Below the pieces are notes generated by a model that was not told where the DNA came from, made no database searches, and saw only the letters and a list, made by a program, of their open reading frames with translations. This document shows, piece by piece, positions 48,791 through 58,662 of a stretch of 64,000 nt of DNA. Numbering within the stretch: the first letter of the stretch is position 1; each line of letters begins with the position of its first letter. A program made the translations under genes and the position numbers. Source of the stretch: Polyangiaceae bacterium (GTDB lineage: Bacteria; Myxococcota_A; Polyangia; Polyangiales; Polyangiaceae); NCBI GenBank assembly GCA_965222375.1, contig CBDCTZ010000013.1:384001-448000 (forward strand), read 5' to 3'.

Positions 48791-51496
48791 ATGTTCGGAG
48801 GGCTGGGACAGATACGATCAGGCGAGGGTCGCGACACCTTGGTGGCGGCGGGCAGCCTATTCGTTCTCCTAGCCGCGCATGCGCTGTTGGAAACGGCTCG
48901 AGATGCGCTCTTCCTAGCGAGCATCGACGCAGCACAGCTGCCGGTGGTGTATATCGGAGTAGCCGTGGCGGCCCTGGCGGTTTCGAGCCTCCAGGAGCGT
49001 GGACCGAGTGGGCGCGCCGCCCTTTCCGCTTGGCTTGGGATCTCCGGACTGGTGACAGGTGGCTTTCACTTCCTGATCGAGTCGGGTCTCTGGGTGCTGT
49101 ACGCCCTCTACATCTGGTCCGCGGTCGTCGTGACAGTGGGGCTCACGCGGTTCTTCATTCTCCTCGGTGGTCGTTTCTCGCAGAGCCAGGCCAAGCGCCT
49201 CTACTCGGTCATCGGTGCGGGGAGCGTACTCGGAGCCATCGCCGGCTCCGGCCTGGCCGGACTGCTTCTGACGACGATCACCGCACACGAGCTGTTGATG
49301 GTCGGGGCGGGCGCATTGCTGCTGGCAGCCTTGGGTCCGTTGGCGCTGTCGACTGCGGAAGAAAAGGCGCACGAGCCGACACCGGACAAGACCTCACCGT
49401 TGCAGAGCATGACGACGACCCTGCAGCACCCCTACGCGCGGAGGGTAGCCGTTCTAATGGTGTTGGCGACGGTGACCTTTACCTTCGTGGATTTCGCCTT
49501 CAAGAGCGAGGTGGCCGGCAACGTTCCTGCAGAAGAGCTGGGGTTCTTCTTTGCCCGGGTGTACTTCGCGCTGAACGTCGTTTCGCTCTTCGTTCAGCTC
49601 TTCCTCGTCAACTGGCTCATCCGCGTGGGCGGCCCCACTCGCGCGTTAGCCCTATTGCCCGGCTTGCTCGTCATCGGCGGGCTAGGAGTGCTCCTAGGTG
49701 GCGGCGTATTCGCTGGCGTCGCGCTCAAAGGAGCGGATGGGAGTTTGCGACATTCCCTCCACCGTACGGCAAGCGAACTGCTCTATGTGCCGATGAGCGG
49801 GGAGCTCCGCAAGGCGTCGAAGACGCTCATCGACATCGCCGGGCACCGCGGTGGGCAGGCGATCGCGTCCGTTATCATCCTTTGCATCGCTGCCGTCGGT
49901 ATCGACTCGATCTACATCGGCGCAGCGATTGTCGTCCTTGCGGGGGTGGCTTTTGGGCTCACGCTGGAACTCCGCCACCACTACCTCGACGTTTTTCGCG
50001 GGACCCTGGCCGAGGCCGCGGAACACAAACATGTGGCGTTCCCAGAGCTGAGCTTGGCAACCCTCGAGTCGCTCATCGCGGCGCTGAGCAGCACGGACGA
50101 AAAAAGGGTCGAGGTAGCGCTAGAGCTTTTCGCAGAGCAAGGGCGCGCCCACCTCATTCCTTCCCTCATCCTCTACCATCCCGATCCGGACGTGTTGGCG
50201 AAAGCGCTAGGCCTTCTCGCGAGTACGGGTCGGACGGACTTCATCCCTCTCGCGGACCGGCTGCTGAACCACGAGTACGCCCACGTGAGAGCCGCGGCCT
50301 TGCGGGCACGCATGGAGCTCGCGCCGGAAGAAGAGCTACTGCGCAGCAAGGTGGAAGTGCGCTGCCCAGTGGTACGCGCCACGGCGTTGGTTGGCCTGAC
50401 GGCAGCTGGGTTTTCAACCATCGAAGAGACCGGGGATTACCTGGACGCGGTCGTCACGGACGGAAGCGACATAGCCAAGGAGGCATTGGCTCGCGCTATC
50501 GGCTATGGGCCAGCGCGGGAACACGACGAGTACTTGATGCGGCTCGCGGAGAGCGACAAGGATGAGGTGCTCCTCTCGGTGGCGCGCTCCATGGGCAAGT
50601 CTCCGATGCCCCAGTTCGTACCGCACCTCGTGAACATGTTGGCTCGTCGAACCGTGCGCAGCGAGGCGCGCCGGGCCCTCGTCGGACTGGGTGACGAGGC
50701 CCTGGGTGTTCTCGAGTCCACGCTTCTGGACGAGGATGGGGACGTCGGCGTTCGACGCCAGATCCCTCACACGATCGTATTGTTTGACCCGGACCAGGCC
50801 GCCAAGATCCTCTCCGGAGCTCTGTCTGAAGTGCAAAGCGGTGCCGTGCGATATCGGATCCTGCGCGCGCTCAACCGTCTGGTCAGCGAGCACCCCAAGG
50901 TCAGTCTCGATCGCAGACAATTCTCGGCGGCTCTCGAGCGCGAGGTCTCCGGGGCGTACCGCTTGCTCGACTGGCGCTTGGCCCTGGAAAGGGGGGCAGG
51001 GGAGCAGCCGGCCCGCAAGTCGAAAACCCATCAGCTTCTCGTCAGGATGCTCCGCGGCAAAGAGGAGAACGCGCGGGAGCGGATGTTCAGGCTCCTCGGT
51101 GTCTTGCATCCTGAGCAAGGGCTGCAGACGCTCTATCGCGGGCTAAAGAGCGAGCGCGCCGATGTGGGTGCGAGCGTACTCGAGCTGTTGGAGAGCTTCG
51201 TCGCGCCCAGGGTGCGCCGGGCCGTGTTGGGTCTGGTCGACGACCTTCCCGATCAGGAACGCCTCCGACTATCGGATGCGCCAGCGAAACTCAGCTACAA
51301 CGATGTGCTGCGCGCCTTGCTGGATGCAGACAGCGATCCCCTGCGAAGCCTCGCTGTGTACCACGTGGGTGAGCTTGGTCTAGTGGACCTGAAGCCCACT
51401 CTCGAAGCGCTGAAGCCCGAACCGAACACCTCATTGGCCTCGGTGATTCAACAGACCATCGCCCTACTCGCGATGGACCCGGAGCCCGCGTCATGA
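48791..51496 (+). CDS. NTT/TLC-like nucleotide transporter (MFS) fused to HEAT repeats
   Basis: ETARDALFL, QAKRLY, SLHRTASELLYVP; about 11-12 TM segments, then VRAAAL/VRATAL-type HEAT repeats. Confidence 0.85.
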   Translation: MFGGLGQIRSGEGRDTLVAAGSLFVLLAAHALLETARDALFLASIDAAQLPVVYIGVAVAALAVSSLQERGPSGRAALSAWLGISGLVTGGFHFLIESGLWVLYALYIWSAVVVTVGLTRFFILLGGRFSQSQAKRLYSVIGAGSVLGAIAGSGLAGLLLTTITAHELLMVGAGALLLAALGPLALSTAEEKAHEPTPDKTSPLQSMTTTLQHPYARRVAVLMVLATVTFTFVDFAFKSEVAGNVPAEELGFFFARVYFALNVVSLFVQLFLVNWLIRVGGPTRALALLPGLLVIGGLGVLLGGGVFAGVALKGADGSLRHSLHRTASELLYVPMSGELRKASKTLIDIAGHRGGQAIASVIILCIAAVGIDSIYIGAAIVVLAGVAFGLTLELRHHYLDVFRGTLAEAAEHKHVAFPELSLATLESLIAALSSTDEKRVEVALELFAEQGRAHLIPSLILYHPDPDVLAKALGLLASTGRTDFIPLADRLLNHEYAHVRAAALRARMELAPEEELLRSKVEVRCPVVRATALVGLTAAGFSTIEETGDYLDAVVTDGSDIAKEALARAIGYGPAREHDEYLMRLAESDKDEVLLSVARSMGKSPMPQFVPHLVNMLARRTVRSEARRALVGLGDEALGVLESTLLDEDGDVGVRRQIPHTIVLFDPDQAAKILSGALSEVQSGAVRYRILRALNRLVSEHPKVSLDRRQFSAALEREVSGAYRLLDWRLALERGAGEQPARKSKTHQLLVRMLRGKEENARERMFRLLGVLHPEQGLQTLYRGLKSERADVGASVLELLESFVAPRVRRAVLGLVDDLPDQERLRLSDAPAKLSYNDVLRALLDADSDPLRSLAVYHVGELGLVDLKPTLEALKPEPNTSLASVIQQTIALLAMDPEPAS

Positions 51497-52458
51497 GCGA
51501 TCTTGCCCTCGACCAAGCCTTCAGCATCGGGATGGGAGAGACGCCCGTTCGCTTTCCGACCCCCCTGGACCGGCTAATTCACCTGCGGACGCTCCCTAAC
51601 CTTGGCGGGCTGGAGGGCAGTGCGCTGACCTACATCGCAACCCATGCTGAGGAGCGGCACTTCGAGGTCGGGGATCACGTCTATCTCCCCGAAGAGCGCG
51701 TTACCGCAGTGCACTTCATCGTCGAGGGAAAGGTCCGGGTGGAGCAAGAGGGCGTGCACATCCTGGATGGCGAGCCACCGTATGCGATTGGCTTCATGCC
51801 GGTGCTGGCCTCCTCCGAAGTAGGGCAGAAAGCGCTGGTCGTCGAACCAACGGTAACTCTCGAGGTCTCCGCTGCGGACCTATTCGAGATCTTCGAAGAC
51901 GACTTCGCATTCCTCGAGAACGGCATCCGCCGAATCTCGGCGCAGTTCACCAAGGCGCAGGAGGAACTGGAGTGTCGAGGGCTGCTGGAGCGCAGCGAGC
52001 CCGAAGAGACTCCATATCCGACCAAACCCCTCGACCTCGTCGAGAGGCTCGAGCTGTTCCTCTCCGGGCCATTCGCGCTATCGAACCTCGAGCCACTCGT
52101 GCAGATGGTGCGGCTGGCGGAGGAGGTTCGATACGAACCCGGCGATGTGCTCTGGGAGCAGGGCGACGTTGCGACCTGGGGCCTGACCGTCGCGCACGGT
52201 GTGGTGAGCTGCGAGTCGAATGATCGCAGCTTTCGCATGGGTCCTGGATCCACCGTCGGCATCGGCGAAGCAAACGGCCAGCTACCGAGAAGCTACCGAG
52301 CTGTCGCGGAAACTCGAGTCGTTGGTTTGAAGCAGACCACCGAGGTGCTCCTCGACGTGCTGGAGGACAACCCCGAGATGGCGATGGGGATGCTTTCGTT
52401 TCTATCCCGTTTGATGCTGGATTTCTCGATCAGGCTCGCGCAGGCCAAGCACGCGTGA
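51493..52458 (+). CDS. Tandem cyclic-nucleotide-binding domain protein
   Basis: Two cNMP folds (HFIVEGKVRV; WEQGD..VGIGE..RSYRAVA); ATGA overlap with the transporter gene. Confidence 0.85.
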   Translation: MSDLALDQAFSIGMGETPVRFPTPLDRLIHLRTLPNLGGLEGSALTYIATHAEERHFEVGDHVYLPEERVTAVHFIVEGKVRVEQEGVHILDGEPPYAIGFMPVLASSEVGQKALVVEPTVTLEVSAADLFEIFEDDFAFLENGIRRISAQFTKAQEELECRGLLERSEPEETPYPTKPLDLVERLELFLSGPFALSNLEPLVQMVRLAEEVRYEPGDVLWEQGDVATWGLTVAHGVVSCESNDRSFRMGPGSTVGIGEANGQLPRSYRAVAETRVVGLKQTTEVLLDVLEDNPEMAMGMLSFLSRLMLDFSIRLAQAKHA

Positions 52459-52500
52459 CGCCAGACTTCGCGATCAGGCTCGCGCAGGCCAAGCACGCGT
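52420..52500 (+). repeat. Direct duplication of the gene's 3' end (30 bp perfect, 37 bp with 2 mismatches, period 44)
   Basis: CGATCAGGCTCGCGCAGGCCAAGCACGCGT at 52427-52456 and 52471-52500. Confidence 0.9.
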
Positions 52501-52979
52501 AGCACCGGCTCCAACGCGAGTCCACCGACATCGAAGAGCCCCGGAACACGTACACGTCTAGAGCCACTACTGCGCAGAGACGCACCTGGCGCGCGTTCCT
52601 GTCCTCATCGACCCAGAACGCGAGGGACCTGCTAACAGGGGCTTACTGTCCATCTTCGTTTCGGCTTTCCAGAGTCGGGCTCATCCCACGCGCCCGCCAC
52701 TCCGCGGACTCTCGGTTGTGCCTCGACACAAGCCCGCGTTCTACGCAGTACGGCGCAGCACTTCCGCGCCCCGCGCGACCTTCCCTCAGCTCGGTTTCTG
52801 GCGCTCCAGCGCAGCCCGAGAGCAGATGAGTCACTGAAAAACCCGAGGGATCGGGCGCGCTCCCAGCGACGAAGGAACGACTTCCTAGATCCCCCGGCCC
52901 TCTGGTACGTCTCAGTTCGCGCAGTTGTTGCAGCCGCGCGCGCGGTGCAGAGCGACGGAAAACAGGCGGGAGAAACGAA

Positions 52980-55310
52980 ATGGCGGACATGGCAGCAGCA
53001 CCTTCAGTCGTGCTCGTGGGTCGGCGGTTGCTTCACAACGAAAACCTGGGCGTGGCCTACTTGCGGTCGGCCCTCGAAGGCGCTGGCGCCAAGGTCACGA
53101 TCCACTACGTGAACGATGCGGCGGAGCTTGCCGTCGCTGCCCAAGGCATCCTCGAAGATCCGCCACAGGTCGTGGGGCTGTCTCTGGCTGACGGAGGCTC
53201 TGCTCTGGTCCCCCTGGCCTTGGGAGAGTTGCTCGACGAAGCAGGCTTCGCTGGGCACATCACGAGCGGCGGCCAATTCGCCACTCTTTCTCGAGAGTGG
53301 TTGCTTCAGCGCTACAGCTGGTTGGACAGCGTGGTGCGATTTGCCGGCGAGCGGCCACTCGTCGAGCTGGTCGAGCGCGTGGCAGCGGGCCTATCCGTCG
53401 AGGGCGTCGCCGGAGTGACCACTCGCGCCGGTGACGGCGGCCCTGCTCCCTTGCTCGATCCCCTGCCTCTGGCCACCCATCCCATTCATGACGACCTACC
53501 GGAGATCCTCGGCCACAAGGCAGCACACATGGCGGCATCCCGGGGTTGTTGGGCACGCTGCCAGTACTGCGGCCCCGCGGCATTGCACGCCCTGGAACGG
53601 GACGAAGGCCGTCGGGCGGCCATTCCCGCCAAACGACTCGCGGCTGCCGGAGTCGGCGGTCTACGGCGTCGTAGGCTCGACGTCGTTTGCGACGAGATGG
53701 CGCAGCTCTGGCACGAGCAGGGCGTGCGCTACTTCTACTTCGTCGACGAGCACCTGCTGCCCTACCAGGAACAAGACGCGCTCGCGTTCCTGCAGGAGTG
53801 GCAAGACGCACTGGCTGAGCGCGAGGTTGGGCGTTTTGGGATCGGCGGCATGCTTCGCGCCGATCGGCTCACTCCAGCGGTGGCCCGGGCCTTCGCGAGC
53901 CTGGGCATGGTTCGCGCGTTCATCGGTCTTGAAATCGCAAGCGCGGAAGAAGCGCGGCGCTTCGGGCGACGTCCGCCGACAGAAAAAGACCTCGAACTAC
54001 TGAGCGTGTTCGCAGAGGTCTCGGTGGCCACCGTGTCCAACTTGATGCTGCTCCACCCTTATTCGACGCCGGACACGATCCGCGCCGGCATCCAGTTACT
54101 CTCTCGCCTACCCCACGGCGTCTTCGAGGCAACGCGGATGATGGTCTACCACGGCACGCGTCTACACGAGCAGATGCTCGAAGAGGGTCGGCTGATCGGA
54201 AATCCGCTTCGTTACGGCTACACCTTCGAAGACCCGCGCATCGAACGCTTCGCGGAGATCTTCAGCCGCCTGCGTGGCGAGGCTTTCTACAACTACAGCT
54301 TGGCCTGCCGCACCCATGACACCCACTTGCTACTCGCGCTTGCGCATCGTCTATACTCCGACCGCGCTCCAAGTCGGGCTGTGGCTCGCCTCGAAAAGGC
54401 CCGGCGCGCGGTCAACGCACTGTACGTAAAGGCCTACACTGCCGCGCTTGACCTGGCTCTCGACGGCGGAGGGTTTGCGGACGCCGAACCTCTGGTGCGC
54501 GAGATGCGATTCCGCGGCCAAGCCATCGAGGCAGAGCTCGCCGCCGTTGGGGCCATCGCTGAACGTGAGCTGCCCGGGAAGGGCCGACTGCTTTCTCCAA
54601 TGCGCTCGGCCGCAGCTGGCGCAATATCCTTCTTTGTTCTCACGACTACAGGCTGCCCAAAGAGCCCCCAGAGCGCCGGAGCCGAGCCAACTCAGGCTGC
54701 GACTGCACAGCCCACCTCACCGCAAAGTGCCGGTCCCTTGGTCGTCATCGATCCGCCAGATGCCGGCGAGAGCCTCGACGCACAAGCGCCGGCAAGCAGC
54801 TGCCGGCAAGATCCTCGCCCCGTGCAAGCACGCATGAGTGAATTCTTGGCCCAGCAAGTCAGCTGTTTCTCCGGCAACGTCGTGTTCAGCCAAGGCAAGG
54901 CATCGGCACACCACTCAGCGGGTGCGGGCACGGGGCGTGGTGGCATTCTGACTCTATGCCGCAACACGAGCGCAACCCAAGGCATGGAAACACAAGTGGA
55001 AGCCGCTCTGAGTCAGCGACAGGCGCGCTGCATCGCCGAAGACGCCATACAGCAGAAACGCTTCAACCTCTCGATTCAAGGCGGGGCCCGAAGCGATTTG
55101 CAGGAGCTGGCGAACAAGATCCGCGCATCATGCCCTCCGAATACCGTCGACCGAGGGTTTCACATCGTACTCGACGCGTCTGGCAAGGTCGTGAAGGTCA
55201 AGTCTCGCTCCACGGTGCTCAGCCAATGTGTGAAGCGGGCGCTTCGCGGGCTCTCTTTCCCATGCTTGGCAAGCTTCGAAGTCTGTCCCGAATTCGTCAT
55301 CGTGGAATGA
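52980..55310 (+). CDS. B12-binding radical SAM enzyme with a C-terminal lipoprotein-like, Cys-rich extension
   Basis: ENLGVAYL..VVGLS..GGQFAT cobalamin domain; SRGCWARCQYC; FYFVDE; FIGLE; then MRSAAAGAISFFVLTTTGC and an 8-Cys domain. Confidence 0.85.
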   Translation: MADMAAAPSVVLVGRRLLHNENLGVAYLRSALEGAGAKVTIHYVNDAAELAVAAQGILEDPPQVVGLSLADGGSALVPLALGELLDEAGFAGHITSGGQFATLSREWLLQRYSWLDSVVRFAGERPLVELVERVAAGLSVEGVAGVTTRAGDGGPAPLLDPLPLATHPIHDDLPEILGHKAAHMAASRGCWARCQYCGPAALHALERDEGRRAAIPAKRLAAAGVGGLRRRRLDVVCDEMAQLWHEQGVRYFYFVDEHLLPYQEQDALAFLQEWQDALAEREVGRFGIGGMLRADRLTPAVARAFASLGMVRAFIGLEIASAEEARRFGRRPPTEKDLELLSVFAEVSVATVSNLMLLHPYSTPDTIRAGIQLLSRLPHGVFEATRMMVYHGTRLHEQMLEEGRLIGNPLRYGYTFEDPRIERFAEIFSRLRGEAFYNYSLACRTHDTHLLLALAHRLYSDRAPSRAVARLEKARRAVNALYVKAYTAALDLALDGGGFADAEPLVREMRFRGQAIEAELAAVGAIAERELPGKGRLLSPMRSAAAGAISFFVLTTTGCPKSPQSAGAEPTQAATAQPTSPQSAGPLVVIDPPDAGESLDAQAPASSCRQDPRPVQARMSEFLAQQVSCFSGNVVFSQGKASAHHSAGAGTGRGGILTLCRNTSATQGMETQVEAALSQRQARCIAEDAIQQKRFNLSIQGGARSDLQELANKIRASCPPNTVDRGFHIVLDASGKVVKVKSRSTVLSQCVKRALRGLSFPCLASFEVCPEFVIVE

Positions 55311-55583
55311 GCGCCTCCGCCGATTCGGGCTTGGTTCACACTGCACAGCTCGAGGGCCCGCTCTAATCCTCGAAGGCTCTCCTGGCGATCATCCCGGAAG
55401 ACCAAGATATTCTTGTGACGGGTCATGACGCACCCGCGGGAGAAGGCGCAGAACTGCCAGCACAATCCAAGGTGGGGCGGCGAGGTCGCAATATTTGCAG
55501 CAGCCCGTCAGGCAGCGAAGCCAACTGAACCGAGCTCGCGACGACCGACTCCAAGGGTCTTGACGTTTCGGTGACTGGTACTC

Positions 55584-57989
55584 ATGGACAACAAGACACA
55601 CGTTCGGAATCTCCGCTGGGCGCAGAGCGAGGCCACCGACCACACGGGCTCTCGGGAGGACCCGGTGTATAATGGCCCGGGAGGGGCAATGGTTGCCAAA
55701 GCACGCACGCCGCTCGGGCGAGCACCAACAGAGGCACTCGTCATCGTCGACCCCAACGGGAACATTTGTTCGTGGGACCGGGCGGCGGAGAAGGTCTTTG
55801 GCTACACGGCAGCCGACATTGTGGGCCGGCCAGTCACCACGATCATCCCTGAGCGCTTCGGCGACAAGCGGATGCGTGGATTCGAGCGCTTTGCTCAAGC
55901 GGGGAAACGACCGACAGAAGAAGCCTTCGACTGGTACGGCTTGAGAAGAGATGGCAGCGAAGTGCCCATTGGGCTCGTGCTTGCTCCCCTGCGAGCGGAC
56001 GACAACTACGTCACCGCCATCGTTCGGCCGAGCGACGTGCTGAGACGAGAGCCGCAGCTCGAACCTCCAACGTCGGCGCCGCGGCCACAAACTGATAGCC
56101 TCATGTCTCGATTGCTCGACGCTATCACTGTAGGCGTTCTGGTACTGGATGCCGACGGGAGAATGCACTACGCGAACGAAGCGGCTTCCAAGTTGGGTAG
56201 CGGGGGAACGCTCCAAGCAGGTATTGGGTTCGAGGATCTCGTGCGCCGCCACCCAACCTATCGCTCAGGCACGACCGACCGCTATCCCGTCGACCAAATG
56301 CCCATCATGCGTGCGCTGCGTGGGGAGGTGTGCGAAGCGGAAGAAATGGAGGTTCGGGGCGATCTTCGCGGAACGATGCAGCTTCTCGTTTCGGCCTCTC
56401 CGATGGTAGACTCCCGCGGGAACGTTGAGTACGCGATCGCGACCTTTCAAGACGTCACCGCACAACGACGACTGGAAGCACAGGCTCGGCAAAGCCAGAA
56501 GATGGAGGCGGTCGGGCGCCTGGCAGGAGGCATCGCGCACGACTTCAATAACTTGCTGACGGCCATCCTCAGTTTCGCGGGGTTTGTCGCCGAAGAGCTG
56601 CGCGAAGAGGAGCAAGCCTACGAAGACCTGCAGCAGGTACTCAAGGCAGGGCGGCGCGCAGCCGATCTGACTCGGCAGCTGCTCACGTTCTCCCGCAAAC
56701 AGGTGGGTACCGTGGGCGCGCACGACCCGAATGTCCTCATTGAGGACGTACAACCGATGTTGCGGCGGCTCCTTGGCGAGCAAGTGGAGGTCGTCTACGA
56801 GCCGACCGAGGACGTTTGGCCCGTCTGCATCGATTCCGGCGAATTCGAGCAGCTGCTGGTAAATCTCGCTGTCAACGGTCGCGATGCCATGCCCAGCGGA
56901 GGCCAGCTGACGATCGAATCCCAGAATGTCACTCTCGAGACGGAGTGTCCCATTGTGCCGGGGGCTGCCGTACCGCCCGGTGACTTCGTCGTGGTAGCGG
57001 TGTCTGATACCGGGGTCGGCATGAGTCGGGAAACCCAAGCACTGATATTCGAGCCTTTCTTTACCACGAAGAAGGCAGGCGAAGGCACCGGCTTGGGGCT
57101 GGCGACGTGTTACGGCATCGTTCGCCAGGCAGGCGGCCACATCTCGGTGTATAGCGAGGTGGGCAGGGGAACCACGTTCAAGCTCTACTTCCCGCGTGCT
57201 GCCGAGCAGCGACCTCAGGCTACCCTAGAAGTAGACACCCCTCCGCAGCAGGGTACCGAAACGGTGCTTGTCGCTGAGGACGACGAACAGGTTCGCAGGT
57301 TGGCAGTGCGTTCACTCCGAAAACAGGGATATCAAGTATTGGCGGCGGAAAACGCCGGTACGGCACTGCTACACTGTGAGCAACACCCTGAGATCGCCCT
57401 GCTGGTCACCGATGTTGTCATGCCGCTGATGGATGGCAGTACCCTGGCGCGGCGTGTCGCCCGCGTTCTCCCCCAGATCAAAGTGCTCTACATGTCAGGC
57501 TACACGCCGAAGGCAATCCTCCACCAGGGAATCGAGCTGAGTGGGCCGGGATTCCTGCAGAAACCCTTCACGCCCGCGCTCTTGGCATCCCGGGTTCGCC
57601 GAATCCTGGATGAGCCCGGCCACCTAGCGGCAGAGACAGCTCCGCGGGACCGAGCACTCGTGATCGGCTGCGATCCGGACACGCTGGGAGTTCTGCGAGA
57701 TACCTTGGGCGAAACGGCGGAGCTCGTGCTCTCGGACCGGTGGCGGGAGGTCGATCGCTGCCTTTTTGCGGTCGTCGATCTAGATGCGCTAGGCGATGGA
57801 CCCCAAAAGAAGGAACTGATCGCGACGGCCGCTGCGCTGGGTGCGGTGTTTCTCGCTGAGGACCCTTCCGTGGTGACTAGCTCACCAGGTTGGGATAGGT
57901 GCCAGCCGATTCTGCGCAAACCCGTGACCGGTGCAGAGCTCACGGCTGTGATCGAAGGCGTCGTGCGAGCCCGTGCAAAAGACGATTGA
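55584..57989 (+). CDS. PAS-PAS hybrid sensor histidine kinase with a receiver and a degenerate second receiver
   Basis: [56 protein letters not shown]. Start may be 55689. Confidence 0.93.
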   Translation: MDNKTHVRNLRWAQSEATDHTGSREDPVYNGPGGAMVAKARTPLGRAPTEALVIVDPNGNICSWDRAAEKVFGYTAADIVGRPVTTIIPERFGDKRMRGFERFAQAGKRPTEEAFDWYGLRRDGSEVPIGLVLAPLRADDNYVTAIVRPSDVLRREPQLEPPTSAPRPQTDSLMSRLLDAITVGVLVLDADGRMHYANEAASKLGSGGTLQAGIGFEDLVRRHPTYRSGTTDRYPVDQMPIMRALRGEVCEAEEMEVRGDLRGTMQLLVSASPMVDSRGNVEYAIATFQDVTAQRRLEAQARQSQKMEAVGRLAGGIAHDFNNLLTAILSFAGFVAEELREEEQAYEDLQQVLKAGRRAADLTRQLLTFSRKQVGTVGAHDPNVLIEDVQPMLRRLLGEQVEVVYEPTEDVWPVCIDSGEFEQLLVNLAVNGRDAMPSGGQLTIESQNVTLETECPIVPGAAVPPGDFVVVAVSDTGVGMSRETQALIFEPFFTTKKAGEGTGLGLATCYGIVRQAGGHISVYSEVGRGTTFKLYFPRAAEQRPQATLEVDTPPQQGTETVLVAEDDEQVRRLAVRSLRKQGYQVLAAENAGTALLHCEQHPEIALLVTDVVMPLMDGSTLARRVARVLPQIKVLYMSGYTPKAILHQGIELSGPGFLQKPFTPALLASRVRRILDEPGHLAAETAPRDRALVIGCDPDTLGVLRDTLGETAELVLSDRWREVDRCLFAVVDLDALGDGPQKKELIATAAALGAVFLAEDPSVVTSSPGWDRCQPILRKPVTGAELTAVIEGVVRARAKDD

Positions 57990-58393
57990 TGTCGACAACA
58001 CTGACCTACGTCGAGGGCGGCGCCGGGGCGGTGCTGGAGGGGCACGGGATCGTCACCGGGGAGGAGTTGTGGCTGGCGGGCGAGGAAATCTACTCGGAAG
58101 AGCGTATCGACACCCTCGTGTATCAGCTCGTCGATTTCACCCGAGCGGAGCGTTTCGACTTCGGAGCGGACGAGGTCCGAGCCATGGCGCGGCAAGATGT
58201 GGCGGCCGCCACACGCAACCCACGAATCATCATTGCCATCGCTGGGGACACGGACTTGATCTTTGGCCTGGCGCGTATCTGGGAGGCGCACGTCGGCGGA
58301 GTCTCCAAATTAGCTACGGCCGTGTGCCGCACGCGCGTAGAGGCTGAGGCCTGGATTGCAGCCAACCGTCCGGATCGCCTACCAGCTCCCTAG
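57989..58393 (+). CDS. Hypothetical protein (STAS/SpoIIAA-like)
   Basis: TGATG overlap with the kinase gene; GIVTGEEL..LVDF..IAIA..FGLARIW..EAEAW. Confidence 0.7.
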   Translation: MSTTLTYVEGGAGAVLEGHGIVTGEELWLAGEEIYSEERIDTLVYQLVDFTRAERFDFGADEVRAMARQDVAAATRNPRIIIAIAGDTDLIFGLARIWEAHVGGVSKLATAVCRTRVEAEAWIAANRPDRLPAP

Positions 58394-58662
58394 CGGGCGC
58401 GCGCGCGGCTTGTTGGCAGCGTCGTCACCACTAGGGCAGGCATGACTCCTGCTTCATACGAGAGGAGACCGGAGCGCGCGCCGAAGTACCGCAACAGAAA
58501 AAGCACGGTCGCTACTCCGCCCATCTCTATCCCAGCGCCGGCATCACTTCATGATCGCTGAACCGAGGAGCTACTTCGACTCTGCCTATGCTGTGGCGCA
58601 AGGGACAATCGAGCTATGAAATCCCGCCGTTGCGTGGTTGTCCTTCTGCAGCCGGGCTCCTC

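Noticed and set aside
52530..52640. Cobalamin-riboswitch-like words (GCCCC..AC, GCCAC, GACCTGC) upstream of the B12 radical SAM gene
   Set aside because: The GGGAA and GGGAAGG core elements and the pairing are not evident. An Infernal search with RF00174 would settle it.
52980..55310. Conventional RiPP or natural-product cluster around the radical SAM gene
   Set aside because: No separate precursor, peptidase, exporter or PKS/NRPS gene nearby.
58458..58510. Glycine-riboswitch-like GGAGA..CGCCGAAG
   Set aside because: Lacks the CTCTCAGG element and has no downstream gene in the same orientation.
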